From positions 1,792,001-1,856,000 of the forward strand of contig CAXXNF010000002.1 of NCBI GenBank assembly GCA_963666365.2: a stretch of DNA of 64,000 bases. Reading direction: 5' to 3'. The notes beneath the pieces were generated by a model. That model saw only the letters and a program-made list of their open reading frames with translations. It was not told the origin of the DNA and did not search any database. Of the stretch, positions 20,382 to 33,800 are shown piece after piece. The translations under genes were made by a program, and so were the position numbers. Each line of letters starts with the position of its first letter. Position 1 is the stretch's first letter. The DNA is from Syntrophales bacterium (GTDB lineage: Bacteria; Desulfobacterota; Syntrophia; Syntrophales; UBA2210).

Positions 20382-21281
20382 ATGCAAATAGCAGTTACGG
20401 CAACTGGACCTTCACTGGATGATCAGGTAGAAATCCGCTTTGGAAGGGCATCGCATTATATATTTATCGACACGGAGTCCATGAACTTCGATGTGATAAA
20501 AAATCCGAACGTATCCGCCGGGGGCGGCGCGGGCATTCAGTCGGCGCAGCTGATGGCGAATCGCAGCGTGACACATGTACTGACGGGGAACTGCGGACCC
20601 AATGCCTTCAGCGTATTCGGTGCTGCGGGGATTCAGGTGATTCCCGGTGTTTCCGGCACCGTCCGTCAGGTCGTCGAACAATTCAAAACCGGTTCCGTAA
20701 CACCCGCAGACCGGGCCAATGTGGAAAGCCACTTCGGCATGGGCCTGGGAGGCGTTGGTAATGCGAAAGGTATCGACGGCCCGGCTATGGGAACAGTCGT
20801 TGGCCGCGGCCTGAACGGCGGCCGTGGTACAGGCATGGGTGGCGGCCGCGGCATGGGCGGCGGCCGCGGCGGCGGCCGTGGTATGGGCATGGGAGGACGG
20901 CGCAGCAATGGGTTCTCAAGAAGTACAGAAATCAAGAGAGGTACGGGGGAATTTGACCGGGGTGAAGATTTCAAAAAGACACCGGGATATCCGCGATCCG
21001 CGCAGGCTGACGAGGAAAAGAGCCGTCTTTTACAAAAAAAACGAGACCTGGAACGACAATTACGGGAAGTGGAAGTGCAGATGGACAGTAGACAAAGAAC
21101 CGGGAAATCCGGAATCGCCCGCGTAGATGTCTCGGTCTGTACAGGGTGCGGGATTTGCGAAGATATCTGCCCTGCAGGCGCCATTACCGTCAATGAGAAC
21201 GCAGTTATTGATGGGGATGCATGCACGGGCTGTGGAATATGCATTCCCGAATGCCCTGTCGGGGCACTTACCCTGAGCTGA
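20382..21281 (+). CDS. NifB/NifX-family protein with Gly-rich linker and 2x[4Fe-4S] ferredoxin domain
   Basis: RFGRA, GAGIQSAQ, GNCGPNAF; two CxxCxxCxxxCP motifs. Confidence 0.85.
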   Translation: MQIAVTATGPSLDDQVEIRFGRASHYIFIDTESMNFDVIKNPNVSAGGGAGIQSAQLMANRSVTHVLTGNCGPNAFSVFGAAGIQVIPGVSGTVRQVVEQFKTGSVTPADRANVESHFGMGLGGVGNAKGIDGPAMGTVVGRGLNGGRGTGMGGGRGMGGGRGGGRGMGMGGRRSNGFSRSTEIKRGTGEFDRGEDFKKTPGYPRSAQADEEKSRLLQKKRDLERQLREVEVQMDSRQRTGKSGIARVDVSVCTGCGICEDICPAGAITVNENAVIDGDACTGCGICIPECPVGALTLS

Positions 21282-21301
21282 TGTGAAAGGCTGAGCTCTA
21301 T

Positions 21302-22162
21302 ATGAAAATCTGTTTAGACTGTTACCCCTGTTTTCTCAGGCAGGCGCTTGAAGCAAGCAGAATAGCGGGAGCGGATGATAAGGTGGAGGAAAAAGTGCTG
21401 CATTCGCTCATGAGACTGTTGTGCACTCTTTCAGGTGAGAAGACGCCGCCACAGATCGGAAGACATATCCACCGTATAATCCGAGAGATAACAGGCAATC
21501 CCGATCCCTATAAAAGAATTAAAAGAAATCATAATCAGCAGGTGATGGGAATAGAACCTAACCTCACGGAGCTCGTTCACGACGCGCATTTACCCCTGGT
21601 GCATGCCTTGAAGCTCGCCGGAACGGGGAATCTCATTGATATGGGACCGGAACGAAGATGGAACCGGGTAGAAGAAATATTCGATGATTTTATGAGCGGT
21701 GATTCCGCATATTTCGATTATGAATCATTTGAAATGGCACTCAACAGCGCTGAAACCCTGCTTTACATTGGGGACAATGCCGGCGAAATTGTGTTGGACA
21801 AAATATTGATACGTCTGCTTATTGAACAACGGGGGCTTGACATTACCTATGCGGTCAGAGGCGCGCCCGTAATCAATGATGCGACCCGTGAAGATGCGCG
21901 GTCGGTGGGAATGATGGACATCGTAAATGTCATAGACAGCGGCGACGATATGCCCGGCATTGACCTGGAATCATGTTCCGATGAATTTGTTGATTGCTAC
22001 TGCGGGGCGGATATGATTTTGGCGAAAGGGCAAGGGAATTATGAATCATTGAGTGAGAGAAGTGAAAATATTTTTTTTCTGCTTCGCGCCAAATGTCCTC
22101 TTATCGCTGAACATATCGGCTGTGATATCGGTGACTTGGTTTTAAAAGGAAGCCTTTCGTAA
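21302..22162 (+). CDS. DUF89/ARMT1-like damage-control phosphatase
   Basis: CYPC, GNLID, DNAGE, KGQGNYE. Confidence 0.85.
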   Translation: MKICLDCYPCFLRQALEASRIAGADDKVEEKVLHSLMRLLCTLSGEKTPPQIGRHIHRIIREITGNPDPYKRIKRNHNQQVMGIEPNLTELVHDAHLPLVHALKLAGTGNLIDMGPERRWNRVEEIFDDFMSGDSAYFDYESFEMALNSAETLLYIGDNAGEIVLDKILIRLLIEQRGLDITYAVRGAPVINDATREDARSVGMMDIVNVIDSGDDMPGIDLESCSDEFVDCYCGADMILAKGQGNYESLSERSENIFFLLRAKCPLIAEHIGCDIGDLVLKGSLS

Positions 22163-22197
22163 AAACGGTCCTGTATCTTGAGTTCAGGATAGTCACA

Positions 22198-23136
22198 ATG
22201 AGAAAGAAGAGGACAATGCACTACACATTCGGACCCGTGCCGTCACGGCGTTTGGGAAGATCGCTGGGTGTCGATCTTGTACCCTTTAAAACATGCACAT
22301 TTGATTGCATCTATTGTCAATTGGGAAAAACCACCGATAAAAGAGCGGATCGCCGGGAGTTCTTTCCTGCACAGGACATAATTCAGGATGTACGGGAACG
22401 GTTGCAGGAAATCCCGCGTCCCGATTACATAACCCTTTCGGGTTCAGGCGAGCCCACTCTTTACAGTCGGATTGAAGAAATCATTTCCGGCATCAAGGCC
22501 GTAACCGATGTACCCATCGGTCTGTTGACCAATGGATCGCTTTTTTGGATTGACGAAGTCCGGGAAGCGGTGAAGGAGGCGGATCTTATCATTCCATCAC
22601 TCGATGCCGGCGATAAAGAAATCTTCTCCTATGTAAACAGGCCTCACTCTGAAATTACCTTCGAGAAAACGGTAGAGGGACTGTGCAGTCTTCGAGAATC
22701 GTATCGAAAACCCATATGGCTGGAGGTGTTTCTCGTCGGAGGGGTAACGGACATCAAAGGGGAGGTTCACAAAATCAACAGATGGGTTCAACGCATCGCA
22801 CCGGACCGCGTACAACTCAATACCGCCGTCAGAACTCCCGCTGAGGGATTCGTAGATACCGTAAGCAAGAAAAAAATGGAGGAACTCAGCACTCTTTTCG
22901 GGTCATCATGCGAGGTGATCGCCGATTATTCGAAAATCCACAGCCACGACGAATTCCAGCACAGGCAGGAGGATGTTTTCGATCTTCTAAAACGGCGGCC
23001 CTGCTCCGTTGATGATATTTCGAACGGACTGAACATGCACAGGAATGAAGCGGTCAAATATGTACAGGAATTGATTGATCAGAATTTGATAAAAAAAGAA
23101 TTGCATGGGAATCGGGCCTTGTATTTTGCCACGTGA
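22198..23136 (+). CDS. radical SAM protein
   Basis: FGPVPSRRLGRSLG; CTFDCIYCQ; GSGEPTL. Confidence 0.88.
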   Translation: MRKKRTMHYTFGPVPSRRLGRSLGVDLVPFKTCTFDCIYCQLGKTTDKRADRREFFPAQDIIQDVRERLQEIPRPDYITLSGSGEPTLYSRIEEIISGIKAVTDVPIGLLTNGSLFWIDEVREAVKEADLIIPSLDAGDKEIFSYVNRPHSEITFEKTVEGLCSLRESYRKPIWLEVFLVGGVTDIKGEVHKINRWVQRIAPDRVQLNTAVRTPAEGFVDTVSKKKMEELSTLFGSSCEVIADYSKIHSHDEFQHRQEDVFDLLKRRPCSVDDISNGLNMHRNEAVKYVQELIDQNLIKKELHGNRALYFAT

Positions 23137-23456
23137 GATCATGACGGGAGAACCCGGAAGCGTACGTACAAGCGGAGGGTTACACTATTCGTGGTTCCAT
23201 GTTCCCCAAAAAACAGAAGAACATCGGAGAACGCAACAGGGCGAAGCCGGGTTGTCCTGCACATTGTAATGGCTATTGTAAACAGCCGTTATATGGTCTT
23301 TATCTGATCATTGCATTTTTCGGCGTGCTGTGCATAATATTTTTTTTATCCAAGCGCCATGATGGCAGTTCAGTGGTACACACCCCCAACAGTCAAACAT
23401 GTCAGACTCATAATCGGTGCTACTGAAACGAATGATCATAATGAAGGAGGGATATA

Positions 23457-25067
23457 ATGATTGATCGAAGCACTCGGTTTGTCAGGCCTGCGATCGCCCC
23501 CGAGGAATTGGCTGTCCTGAAAGGCAAACAGATCCATTTTGAGAGCATCGCTGAAATGGTAACGGTGCGCGCCCGCGAGATTCCTGATGCGGTCCATGTG
23601 TATTACTACGAAGATGTGATCACCTATGCCCAGACCAATGAGCGGGCCAACCGCGTTGCCAATTACCTGAAAACGAAAGGGGTGGTCAAGGGCGATACGG
23701 TTTCCGTGATGGTTCTGAATTCGCCGGAAATTTACTATACCATGTTCGGCGCACAGAAACTGGGCGCCGTCGCCGGCGCCATCAATTACATGCTCAAGGC
23801 GCCTGAGATCGCTTATGTCCTGGAGGACTCAAAACCGAAAGTGGCCTTTATAGGCAGTGAATACATGGAGGAATTCAGCAAAGGATGGGAACTCGCCCGC
23901 CATAAGCCGGTTGTGGTGGAGGTGCGGACAGGAATTGATCACGGTTCGACCATCGCCGGGGAAACCCTGAAAAATATTCTGGATCACTATCCCGATGATG
24001 AGTGTCTCGTGCCGCAGTCCCTTGACGATCCATTTATGCTTCTTTATTCCTCGGGGACGACCGGCATGCCCAAAGGCATTCTCAATTCAAACAGAAACGA
24101 ATTGGCCATGTGTCGTGATCTGGGTATGCTGGGCATCTATGAACCGGGCGATGTAATGATGATCATCCTTCCCATGTTTCATACAAATCCCCTCGCCGTG
24201 TTCAGCTATCCCGTGACCTATCATGGCCTTACATTATGCATACGAAAGTCCTTTTCGCCCTCTGATTTCTGGCCCTCTCTGACCCGCTACGGCGTAAACA
24301 TTCTTATGGCCGTGCCCGCCATGTACGCCTATGTCTACAACATTGCCGATCCGAAAACCATTGACTATGACAAGTTAAAGCTTCGCTACGCCTTTGCCGG
24401 TTCCGCCCCCATACCACTGGAACTGGTGAAGGGATTCAAGGAAAAATTCAATGTGCAGATCATCGACGGCTACGGCCTTACAGAGGCAACCGGGGCTTCC
24501 GTCCTGAATTTCAGAGCACCGGAGAACCATACATCCGTCGGGATTCCCCTCGCAGGTCAGGAAGTTGAGATCATGGATGACGACAACAATATCCTCCCCT
24601 ACGGCGAACGGGGCGAGATCTGCATCAGGGGTGAAGCGGTGATGATGGGATATCTGAACAAGCCTGAGGACACGGTGGAAACCATCAGGGACGGATGGCT
24701 CCACACCGGCGATATGGGCCATATGGACGAGACGGGCTTTCTGTACATCTCCGGACGGAAGAAAGAGATGATCAACAGAGGCGGAGAAAACATTTATCCC
24801 CGGGAGATAGAAATTCCGCTTGAGAAGCATCCAAAGATTGCCGAGGTTTCCGTCATCGGGGCGCCCGATCCTGCTTTGGGTGAGCGGGTACGGGCCTGTA
24901 TTGTGCTGACAGAGGGATGTGACATGACGGCCGATGAGGTAAAAGAGTACCTCAAGGATAAAATCGCAAAATACAAAATTCCTGAGTATGTTGAATTTAT
25001 GAATGAATTTCCCAGAAATCCTACAGGGAAGATTCTAAAACAGGAGTTAAAAAAAATGTTCAGCTAA
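23457..25067 (+). CDS. acyl-CoA synthetase (AMP-binding)
   Basis: YSSGTTGMPKG, GYGLTE, HTGD, PTGKILK. Confidence 0.9.
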   Translation: MIDRSTRFVRPAIAPEELAVLKGKQIHFESIAEMVTVRAREIPDAVHVYYYEDVITYAQTNERANRVANYLKTKGVVKGDTVSVMVLNSPEIYYTMFGAQKLGAVAGAINYMLKAPEIAYVLEDSKPKVAFIGSEYMEEFSKGWELARHKPVVVEVRTGIDHGSTIAGETLKNILDHYPDDECLVPQSLDDPFMLLYSSGTTGMPKGILNSNRNELAMCRDLGMLGIYEPGDVMMIILPMFHTNPLAVFSYPVTYHGLTLCIRKSFSPSDFWPSLTRYGVNILMAVPAMYAYVYNIADPKTIDYDKLKLRYAFAGSAPIPLELVKGFKEKFNVQIIDGYGLTEATGASVLNFRAPENHTSVGIPLAGQEVEIMDDDNNILPYGERGEICIRGEAVMMGYLNKPEDTVETIRDGWLHTGDMGHMDETGFLYISGRKKEMINRGGENIYPREIEIPLEKHPKIAEVSVIGAPDPALGERVRACIVLTEGCDMTADEVKEYLKDKIAKYKIPEYVEFMNEFPRNPTGKILKQELKKMFS

Positions 25068-25139
25068 AAAGACAGATGTAATTGCCTGTGGGACAGTGAG
25101 CCCGCATAGAAATATCAGCAGGCAGCCGGAAATGGAAAG

Positions 25140-25178
25140 GTCGGAGACAGCGGATGAGCAGCAGTCTCCGACTTTTTT
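25140..25178 (+). terminator. rho-independent terminator
   Basis: GTCGGAGAC...GTCTCCGAC plus TTTTTT. Confidence 0.75.
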
Positions 25179-25183
25179 ACTAG

Positions 25184-25228
25184 TTGACATAAGGAATAAT
25201 GAATGTTAGTTGAGAATAATTATTATTT
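25184..25228 (+). promoter_or_regulatory. promoter with Fur/Per box
   Basis: TTGACA at 25184; ATAAT-T-ATTAT core at 25216-25226, upstream of fur-family gene and katG. Confidence 0.55.
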
Positions 25229-25245
25229 AGAATCGAGGGTTCCCA

Positions 25246-27911
<2,666 letters not shown>

Positions 27912-28128
27912 TCGAAGTATACGCATTATGAGGGGTTCAGAAACTATTCCGATCTGAACTCCTCAGATTGCGGATGAATGAAGAGATACTCTGTGTGATC
28001 TGAGGGCATCTTTTAGCGTTCGCGGGAGACTATGTGCAACAAATATAGGCGGCGTTTCGTTGTCCTGCAGTTTGAAACGCGTCTTTACACCTGATTTTTT
28101 GAATAGGAAGAGGTTCCTTCCGACGCAC

Positions 28129-29199
28129 CTATTCATTTTTTAAAATAGTTTCGTTAAGATTCGCTATGGTGCTTTCCATATCAAAGCCAAATTGTTGCGC
28201 CGCATCCCTGACCGACAGAAATAATCCCTGGCAGCATATACACGTTCCCGTTTCCTCTTCAAGCTGTTTGAACAGTTCTTCCGTTTGGCGATGAGTACTG
28301 ATGATATCCAGAACCACTGTTTCTGGAGTTACGATCCCTCCTTTGTCGGTATTCATTACATCACGCAATGCCCGTGGTATGTTCCTGATGATTTCGATCA
28401 CCTGTGTGGCCGGTGTGGGAGAGGCGTACTGCCCGGCAACCCGGTTGACCCGCATGGCAGCCAGGGCGGCTTTCTGTAACGGCATTCCGCCATCGATGAG
28501 GACAGAGACAATACCTGTCAGCGTGTCGCCGGTTCCTCCTATGGCTTCCATGGCCTCGGCGGCAGGCTCACTTACCGTTGCGAGAACCCCCTGTTCGCTG
28601 GCCAGATAATCCCGTTCTCCTTTCACGAGAAGATATCGGGCCGCATTCCCGTGTGAGTATGCACGGGAAATCAGATCGGGAACACGCTGTTCTTCATGAA
28701 GGATGAATCCCCTCGTATAGAAGGGATGCGGCGCTTCCTCATCTGCCAGGAAGGCAAGTTCACCCGCGTCGGGCGTAAAGAGATCATAGAGCGGCGCCTC
28801 CCCGCTCATTTTCGCCGCATACATGTATCCTGCATCTGCTATGAGTGTTGGTTTCGGAGATACCCCTCCAAGAATTTTTTGTAACCGTTTTTGCCAGTGG
28901 ACGATGGGCTGTAGATAATGAAAGGTAATCGTTTCAAAGCGGGTCCGCGGCAACACGTCGGCCAGGTGGGCGTAGAGATGACGACTTCCTTTCCCTGTGC
29001 CCGTGTCCCCTACAATATACGTGAAAAGGGATCGGCCGAGGGTATCCGCCGTCACGGCGGCTGCCGCCAGCAGTGCCGGAGTTCCCCTGTTGACATCAAT
29101 ACATTTCCCGCCGACCTCAAGTATCTCATTCGTCAGCCGGACTTCACCTTCACAAAGCGGGAAATCCTTTGAGGGAACTGTTCCCACTACGCAGAGCAT
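28129..29199 (-). CDS. ribokinase-fold (carbohydrate kinase / NAD(P)HX dehydratase-like) protein with C-terminal Cys domain
   Basis: TPDAGELAFLADE, GGTGDTLTG; last gene of the yedE cluster. Confidence 0.72.
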   Translation of the reverse strand: MLCVVGTVPSKDFPLCEGEVRLTNEILEVGGKCIDVNRGTPALLAAAAVTADTLGRSLFTYIVGDTGTGKGSRHLYAHLADVLPRTRFETITFHYLQPIVHWQKRLQKILGGVSPKPTLIADAGYMYAAKMSGEAPLYDLFTPDAGELAFLADEEAPHPFYTRGFILHEEQRVPDLISRAYSHGNAARYLLVKGERDYLASEQGVLATVSEPAAEAMEAIGGTGDTLTGIVSVLIDGGMPLQKAALAAMRVNRVAGQYASPTPATQVIEIIRNIPRALRDVMNTDKGGIVTPETVVLDIISTHRQTEELFKQLEEETGTCICCQGLFLSVRDAAQQFGFDMESTIANLNETILKNE

Positions 29200-29747
29200 C
29201 GGCGTTGAACCTCCTCGTAGGCCAGCTGAAGTGCGTAACCGCAGAGCGTGTGACCTGTTTCACGGGGGCTCGGCGCGCTTTCAATCGTTTTCCCTATCAT
29301 GGCGGCAGCCAGATAGGGCACATCGGGGCAGCCGCCTCCCGATATATTAACAATAGTGCGGGTGGCCTTATCCACCGTCAGCTTCATGTTGGCCGCCCGC
29401 ACCATAAGATATGCGTCAAAATCCTTGATCTGAAAAATGTCGACCGGTTGAAGCAGGGGGCTGGTAACAGGAACAACTTTCAGTGGCGGCGCCCCCTTTT
29501 CGGTGAGAACCTTGAGGATCTGCAATTCTTCAATCAACGGGAATTCTATGACAAGGTCACATCCCTGGCGGATTTCCGGGGGGGGACCCATGACCCGGAC
29601 ATCCCATCCATTCTGTTTCAAGACGGTTTCCGCCTGGATAACCTCGCCTGTATTTTCGAATACGAGCATGCCCCGGTCCGCTCGATCGGTCATGTCGGCG
29701 GATTCGCACGCCAAGCCCGTTCGCTTTAAAAAGCTCAGTACTGACAT
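29187..29747 (-). CDS. DUF3343-domain protein
   Basis: FENTGEVIQAE...PPPEIRQGC; GGGCPD; start reassigned to 29747, after the tusA-like gene. Confidence 0.75.
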   Translation of the reverse strand: MSVLSFLKRTGLACESADMTDRADRGMLVFENTGEVIQAETVLKQNGWDVRVMGPPPEIRQGCDLVIEFPLIEELQILKVLTEKGAPPLKVVPVTSPLLQPVDIFQIKDFDAYLMVRAANMKLTVDKATRTIVNISGGGCPDVPYLAAAMIGKTIESAPSPRETGHTLCGYALQLAYEEVQRRCSA

Positions 29748-29754
29748 AGGATTA

Positions 29755-29973
29755 TCAGCCTTTTTTGATTGTAATGTGATATTCAGAAGCCTCCTCGGTG
29801 ACAGAGGCAACATTCCAGCCTTTGCCCTTGGCGGCCCGGGACACATTTTCCTTTGAAGCGTCGCTGTCAACCAGCACAATGAGTTCATCCGCTCCTCCGG
29901 CTTTGATTTCGTCAAGCGTCATAAGGACCGGCTGGGGACAGGAAAGTCCGCGTGCATCAACTGTTTTTGACAT
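29755..29973 (-). CDS. TusA/SirA/YedF family sulfur/selenium carrier
   Basis: VDARGLSCPQPV motif. Confidence 0.9.
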   Translation of the reverse strand: MSKTVDARGLSCPQPVLMTLDEIKAGGADELIVLVDSDASKENVSRAAKGKGWNVASVTEEASEYHITIKKG

Positions 29974-29989
29974 AATTAGGCTCCTTCCG

Positions 29990-31084
29990 TTATGCTATTT
30001 TCTTTCTCATGGTGAATCCTATGAACAGACACACCGCAATGCCGATAATCACAGCAGGGATGCCGTAGGGGCCGACGCCCTGAGGTGAACTGGCGAGGCC
30101 GAAATTATGGGCGATCCCGGCGCCAGTGATCATGCCCATTACAAAGACCGCGGCATCACCGTCCCCTTCTCCGGACAGGAAGAGCTGGCGCCCGGGACAT
30201 CCGCCGGCAAGACAGAATGCCAGGCCGGAGAGCGCCATGCCCGCAAAATTCCAAATATGCATCGTGTGAGCGACAGGCTGCCCCGCGAATCCCGCCTTGA
30301 ACTGGCCGAGGATGAAATTGACGATGAAAGCGGCGGCGATCAGCGCGATGAACCCCGACAGGAGATGGGACTGGCGGAAGAGAACGAAATCTCGGATGGC
30401 GCCCATCGTGCAAAAGCGGCTCCTCTGTGCGAGAAAGCCGATTAAAAGACCTACGATAAGAGAAATCACCAGGGGGGCGTGCAGGGAACCGGGACCCTTG
30501 AGACTGTAAAACAGGACCCCGCTTTTCTCCTTCCCCTCGATCTGGGGAAACACCAGCATGAGCAGAAGCAGCCCCACCATGAAGAGGGGAAGCATCCATC
30601 CCGCGGCAGCGTGCGTCTGTTGTGTCCGTCCCAGGGTATAGCCTTTCTTCAGGAACAGTGTTCCGATCCAGATACCGAAAATAAGACCCAGAAGACCGAG
30701 GATGGCGTTCCCGTCTCCACCAGCCAGTCGCAGCGCTGCCCGCCAGGGGCATCCGAGAAAGACGAGCGCTCCGATCATTGCAAAAACGCCCAGGAAAAAA
30801 CGCACGATAGGCGCGGAACCAAGACGGGGTCGGAATTCCTTGAAGAGATATGCGGCGATCAACGATCCGATGACGAACCCTATAATTTCGGGACGGATGT
30901 ACTGCACTACCGCGGCTCGATGCAGGCCGAGCGCGCCGGCAATATCCCTCTCGAAGCAGGCGACGCAGATTCCCATATTACCGGGATTTCCCAGTTTCTG
31001 TAAAAGCGGCGCGAGAATGCCGATGATAATTCCAACGCCGATGATGCCCCAACGCCCTGCGAAGATGTTCTTCACTCCCTTCAT
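29990..31084 (-). CDS. yedE: YedE-family putative selenium transporter
   Basis: GNPGNMGICVACFERDIAG, GCPWR, RFCTMG, GGCPGRQ. Confidence 0.88.
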   Translation of the reverse strand: MKGVKNIFAGRWGIIGVGIIIGILAPLLQKLGNPGNMGICVACFERDIAGALGLHRAAVVQYIRPEIIGFVIGSLIAAYLFKEFRPRLGSAPIVRFFLGVFAMIGALVFLGCPWRAALRLAGGDGNAILGLLGLIFGIWIGTLFLKKGYTLGRTQQTHAAAGWMLPLFMVGLLLLMLVFPQIEGKEKSGVLFYSLKGPGSLHAPLVISLIVGLLIGFLAQRSRFCTMGAIRDFVLFRQSHLLSGFIALIAAAFIVNFILGQFKAGFAGQPVAHTMHIWNFAGMALSGLAFCLAGGCPGRQLFLSGEGDGDAAVFVMGMITGAGIAHNFGLASSPQGVGPYGIPAVIIGIAVCLFIGFTMRKKIA

Positions 31085-31479
31085 TCCACTCCTCCATAGA
31101 TTGGTTTTTTTGCTGCTTCAAAACCCTACTCTGCATGACACGTGTGTGGCTGCTTCGGGCGGGTCAGAATCCAACTGACAGAAAGTATACGATCCTCATA
31201 GACAGAGCGCACACATTTCATGACCGCATCTGTACAAACAAAATTAGAATATGTCAAATTCAAATATAGAATAATATATTTTGGATGATCAATATTCCGA
31301 TGGCCCTATGCGTATTCTGTTGTAGAGCAAATTTGAGGCACTGAAAGGCAATGGCAGGCATGTGCAAGATTGCTGGTACCCAGTACGACGATCAGAGAGA
31401 CGGGAGGAGTTCCGGATTGATCAAGAGGATCTCCCTATGAGGTTTCGTGCATATCACATAAAAACTTCAACCACGTGAG

Positions 31480-32253
31480 TTAAATTTTTTTCCCAATATA
31501 GAACACATAGCCGTAAAAGTCTTTATATCTGTAATATAATTCAGTTTCATGCCTTTGGTCTGCTATGAATGCTTCAGCAGTTTTGTTTCCTGCATATTTT
31601 TTCAAAAAGTTTTCCTGGACAGGAATTTGCGGATCATAAAAATGTTCAGTCCAACAATTTTCAGGCAGAACAAAGGTTGCAATTGGGATATATCCGGCTT
31701 TTTGCATTTGTGACACCTTGTGTGCGATAGTCGCTATTTCCGGATAAGCATCCTTCCAGAACTTGTCGATTTCGACAGGTCTCTCTTCATTAAACCACGA
31801 GGCCTCAGAAACGGCAATATAGCCTCCGGTTCTCAAAAACGTACGCCATTCATTCAAGCCCCGTTCAAACCCGATATTATAGATGGCGCCTTCGGACCAG
31901 AGCAGATCCAGTTCTTCATGCCGAAAGGGAAGGTTGTCCATCGAACCGACAATGCCTTCCACCCTTTCCTGAAGATTCCTCTTCCGGCTGTTGGCGTTGA
32001 AAATATCAATAAAGACGGGAAAGAGATCAAGGCCTGTGATGTGCCCGGAGGTATGATCGGCCAACACCATCGTCTGACCGCCGGTTCCGCACCCTATGTC
32101 AGCAATCTTTGATTCATCGTTCAGGGTGTCGATAAAGCTCAACGCTTTAAGCGTTACCTCGGGGCTTCCCGGCCCTTGTCGCTCCAGACTCGAATAATAT
32201 TCGCAGATCAGCGCATAATCAAACTCATGAATTGATGCAGTGTTTTCACTCAT
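31480..32253 (-). CDS. class I SAM-dependent methyltransferase
   Basis: [28 protein letters not shown]. Confidence 0.85.
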   Translation of the reverse strand: MSENTASIHEFDYALICEYYSSLERQGPGSPEVTLKALSFIDTLNDESKIADIGCGTGGQTMVLADHTSGHITGLDLFPVFIDIFNANSRKRNLQERVEGIVGSMDNLPFRHEELDLLWSEGAIYNIGFERGLNEWRTFLRTGGYIAVSEASWFNEERPVEIDKFWKDAYPEIATIAHKVSQMQKAGYIPIATFVLPENCWTEHFYDPQIPVQENFLKKYAGNKTAEAFIADQRHETELYYRYKDFYGYVFYIGKKI

Positions 32254-32294
32254 TGGTTTTCCTTTCCCCCTTTACTATTGCTGTAATTGTGTCG

Positions 32295-33048
32295 TTACTG
32301 TTCTGCCGGATGAAGACGTGCACGAATCTTTTCCCACACATATGTAGTCAAGAAGCACTCATCCATATTCACAAGCATGCTTTGAAATTTAGGCCAGGGA
32401 ACTGAAAAACTCAGCAGATCTGGTATGACCCACCCCCTGGCGCTCGGGTCCAATAGACCAATGACAGCTCTTGGATCCTCGGATTCCAGTTCTTTCATCG
32501 GAAACGCAACAAGCATTTCACAACCTGAACAGAACGGTGCTATAACCCCATGGGGTGTCATGGTATCGTAATTTGCAAGACCATGCAGCCCCGAAAGAAT
32601 GTCCGGCGTGCAGAAGAAAAATACGACCTGCGGGTCATCGTTTTCATTTAATAAATCCCATCCGTTTGAAGATCAGATATTTCTTGCTGGCTTTCAGGGG
32701 AGGGCCGTGTGTAAACATGGCCTCTACATGGGCCGGGCTATTTTTATATTTTTCGACATTCACCAAAAAATCTGCTGTCCTTTCGTCAGCTGCCGCGGTC
32801 ACAAAACCCAGTAACCCTTTTGAGGCCCAACAGCCAAGGTTATCCTAGTTGAACGCGCGTGCTTTGCCCTTCCGAACAGGGACCAATTGGCCGAAAATAC
32901 AAGTTATGCCATGTCTGTTTGGCTTAGGTGCATCAGGAAATTCAACATCATTCAGATCATCGGAATAGAAACGCGCTATCGGGAGCTCACTTCCGGCAAA
33001 GTACTTTTTCCACTTGTCGATGAAACTTCTCTTGATGTCCAGATCCAT
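32295..33048 (-). pseudogene. DUF169-family pseudogene
   Basis: split into ORFs 32845-33048 and 32295-32561 by an in-frame TAG and a frameshift; VIAPFCSGC, AVIGLLDPSAR. Confidence 0.7.
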
Positions 33049-33080
33049 ACCATTCTCCTGCTTCAGGGTTGTGAGCATTC

Positions 33081-33143
33081 ACAGAACGTACGCCGATGTA
33101 ACACAGCACCGACCGGTGCAGTCGAATCCGGCGACTGTAAGCC
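33081..33143 (-). other. degenerate attC-like site
   Basis: ACAGAAC...CGCCG/CGGCG imperfect palindrome...GTAAGCC between two minus-strand genes. Confidence 0.4.
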
Positions 33144-33156
33144 GGCCGTCTCCCTT

Positions 33157-33555
33157 TCATCTCGAGTCGCCCTCTCTTATATCTCTGCGCAGTTCTTCTG
33201 AATAGTCAGAGAGCCTTCTTCGTCCTTCCATGTCGAGAAGAAACCCCAAATCGGCTGCACGGTAACAGATCTGTGTCACAAGACTTTCGATGGAGCTCCT
33301 GTCTTCGAGCCCTTCTTCAACAGCGTGCTGGATAGATACTCTTATGCCGCGTCGAAACGATTCCGCTGGGCCTGGCGCATCGACTATCTCTTTTGCTTCG
33401 CCATAGGAACGCTGAATAGCAGCTACGCTTTCTTTCGGTACCCCCAGCGCTTGAGCCAGACGCGACGGATCCCACTTTTCCCGTTCAGCCTTTTCCAGAA
33501 TGTCCACATCATCCGGCATGTCATCCATCGGCACATGGGATGACAGCAACTCCAT
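33157..33555 (-). CDS. hypothetical protein (5' end possibly frameshifted)
   Basis: 132-aa ORF between two attC-like sites. Confidence 0.5.
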   Translation of the reverse strand: MELLSSHVPMDDMPDDVDILEKAEREKWDPSRLAQALGVPKESVAAIQRSYGEAKEIVDAPGPAESFRRGIRVSIQHAVEEGLEDRSSIESLVTQICYRAADLGFLLDMEGRRRLSDYSEELRRDIREGDSR

Positions 33556-33722
33556 GCAGGTCCAGCCCTGTCGTGCGCGGGCAATTTTCTCTCTGGCAAT
33601 GCGGGGAATACCTTTAAAGTCGCTTTGGGTACAGAGAATATAGGTTCTGGCAGCACCTGTAGTTTCGCTCCATCAAACTGCAGTTTTTCCACATACGGTG
33701 GAGGCGGCTCCGAAAACTTCTC

Positions 33723-33800
33723 GCCTCACGCTCCTCGTAAACGGATGGCAATTGAGCGTATCGGAATTGCCGGTCCGGGCGGTTGATGCGGTTGTCAAAC
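33723..33800 (-). other. attC-like site, same family as 560-631
   Basis: minus strand GTTTGACAACCGCATCAAC...GGACCGGCAATTCCG...ATTGCCATCCG...GTGAGGC; contains the stop codon of the upstream gene. Confidence 0.7.

Noticed and set aside
20810..20900. GGCGGCCGCGGCATG-type tandem repeats
   Set aside because: They encode the ordinary Gly/Arg/Met-rich linker seen in NifB/NifX-family proteins.
23199..23426. 75-aa ORF upstream of the acyl-CoA synthetase
   Set aside because: No convincing RBS or motif; more likely promoter or intergenic DNA.
28129..31084. yedE-yedF-DUF3343-kinase cluster as a novel system
   Set aside because: It matches a known selenium/sulfur-trafficking neighbourhood of anaerobes; nothing unusual was seen.
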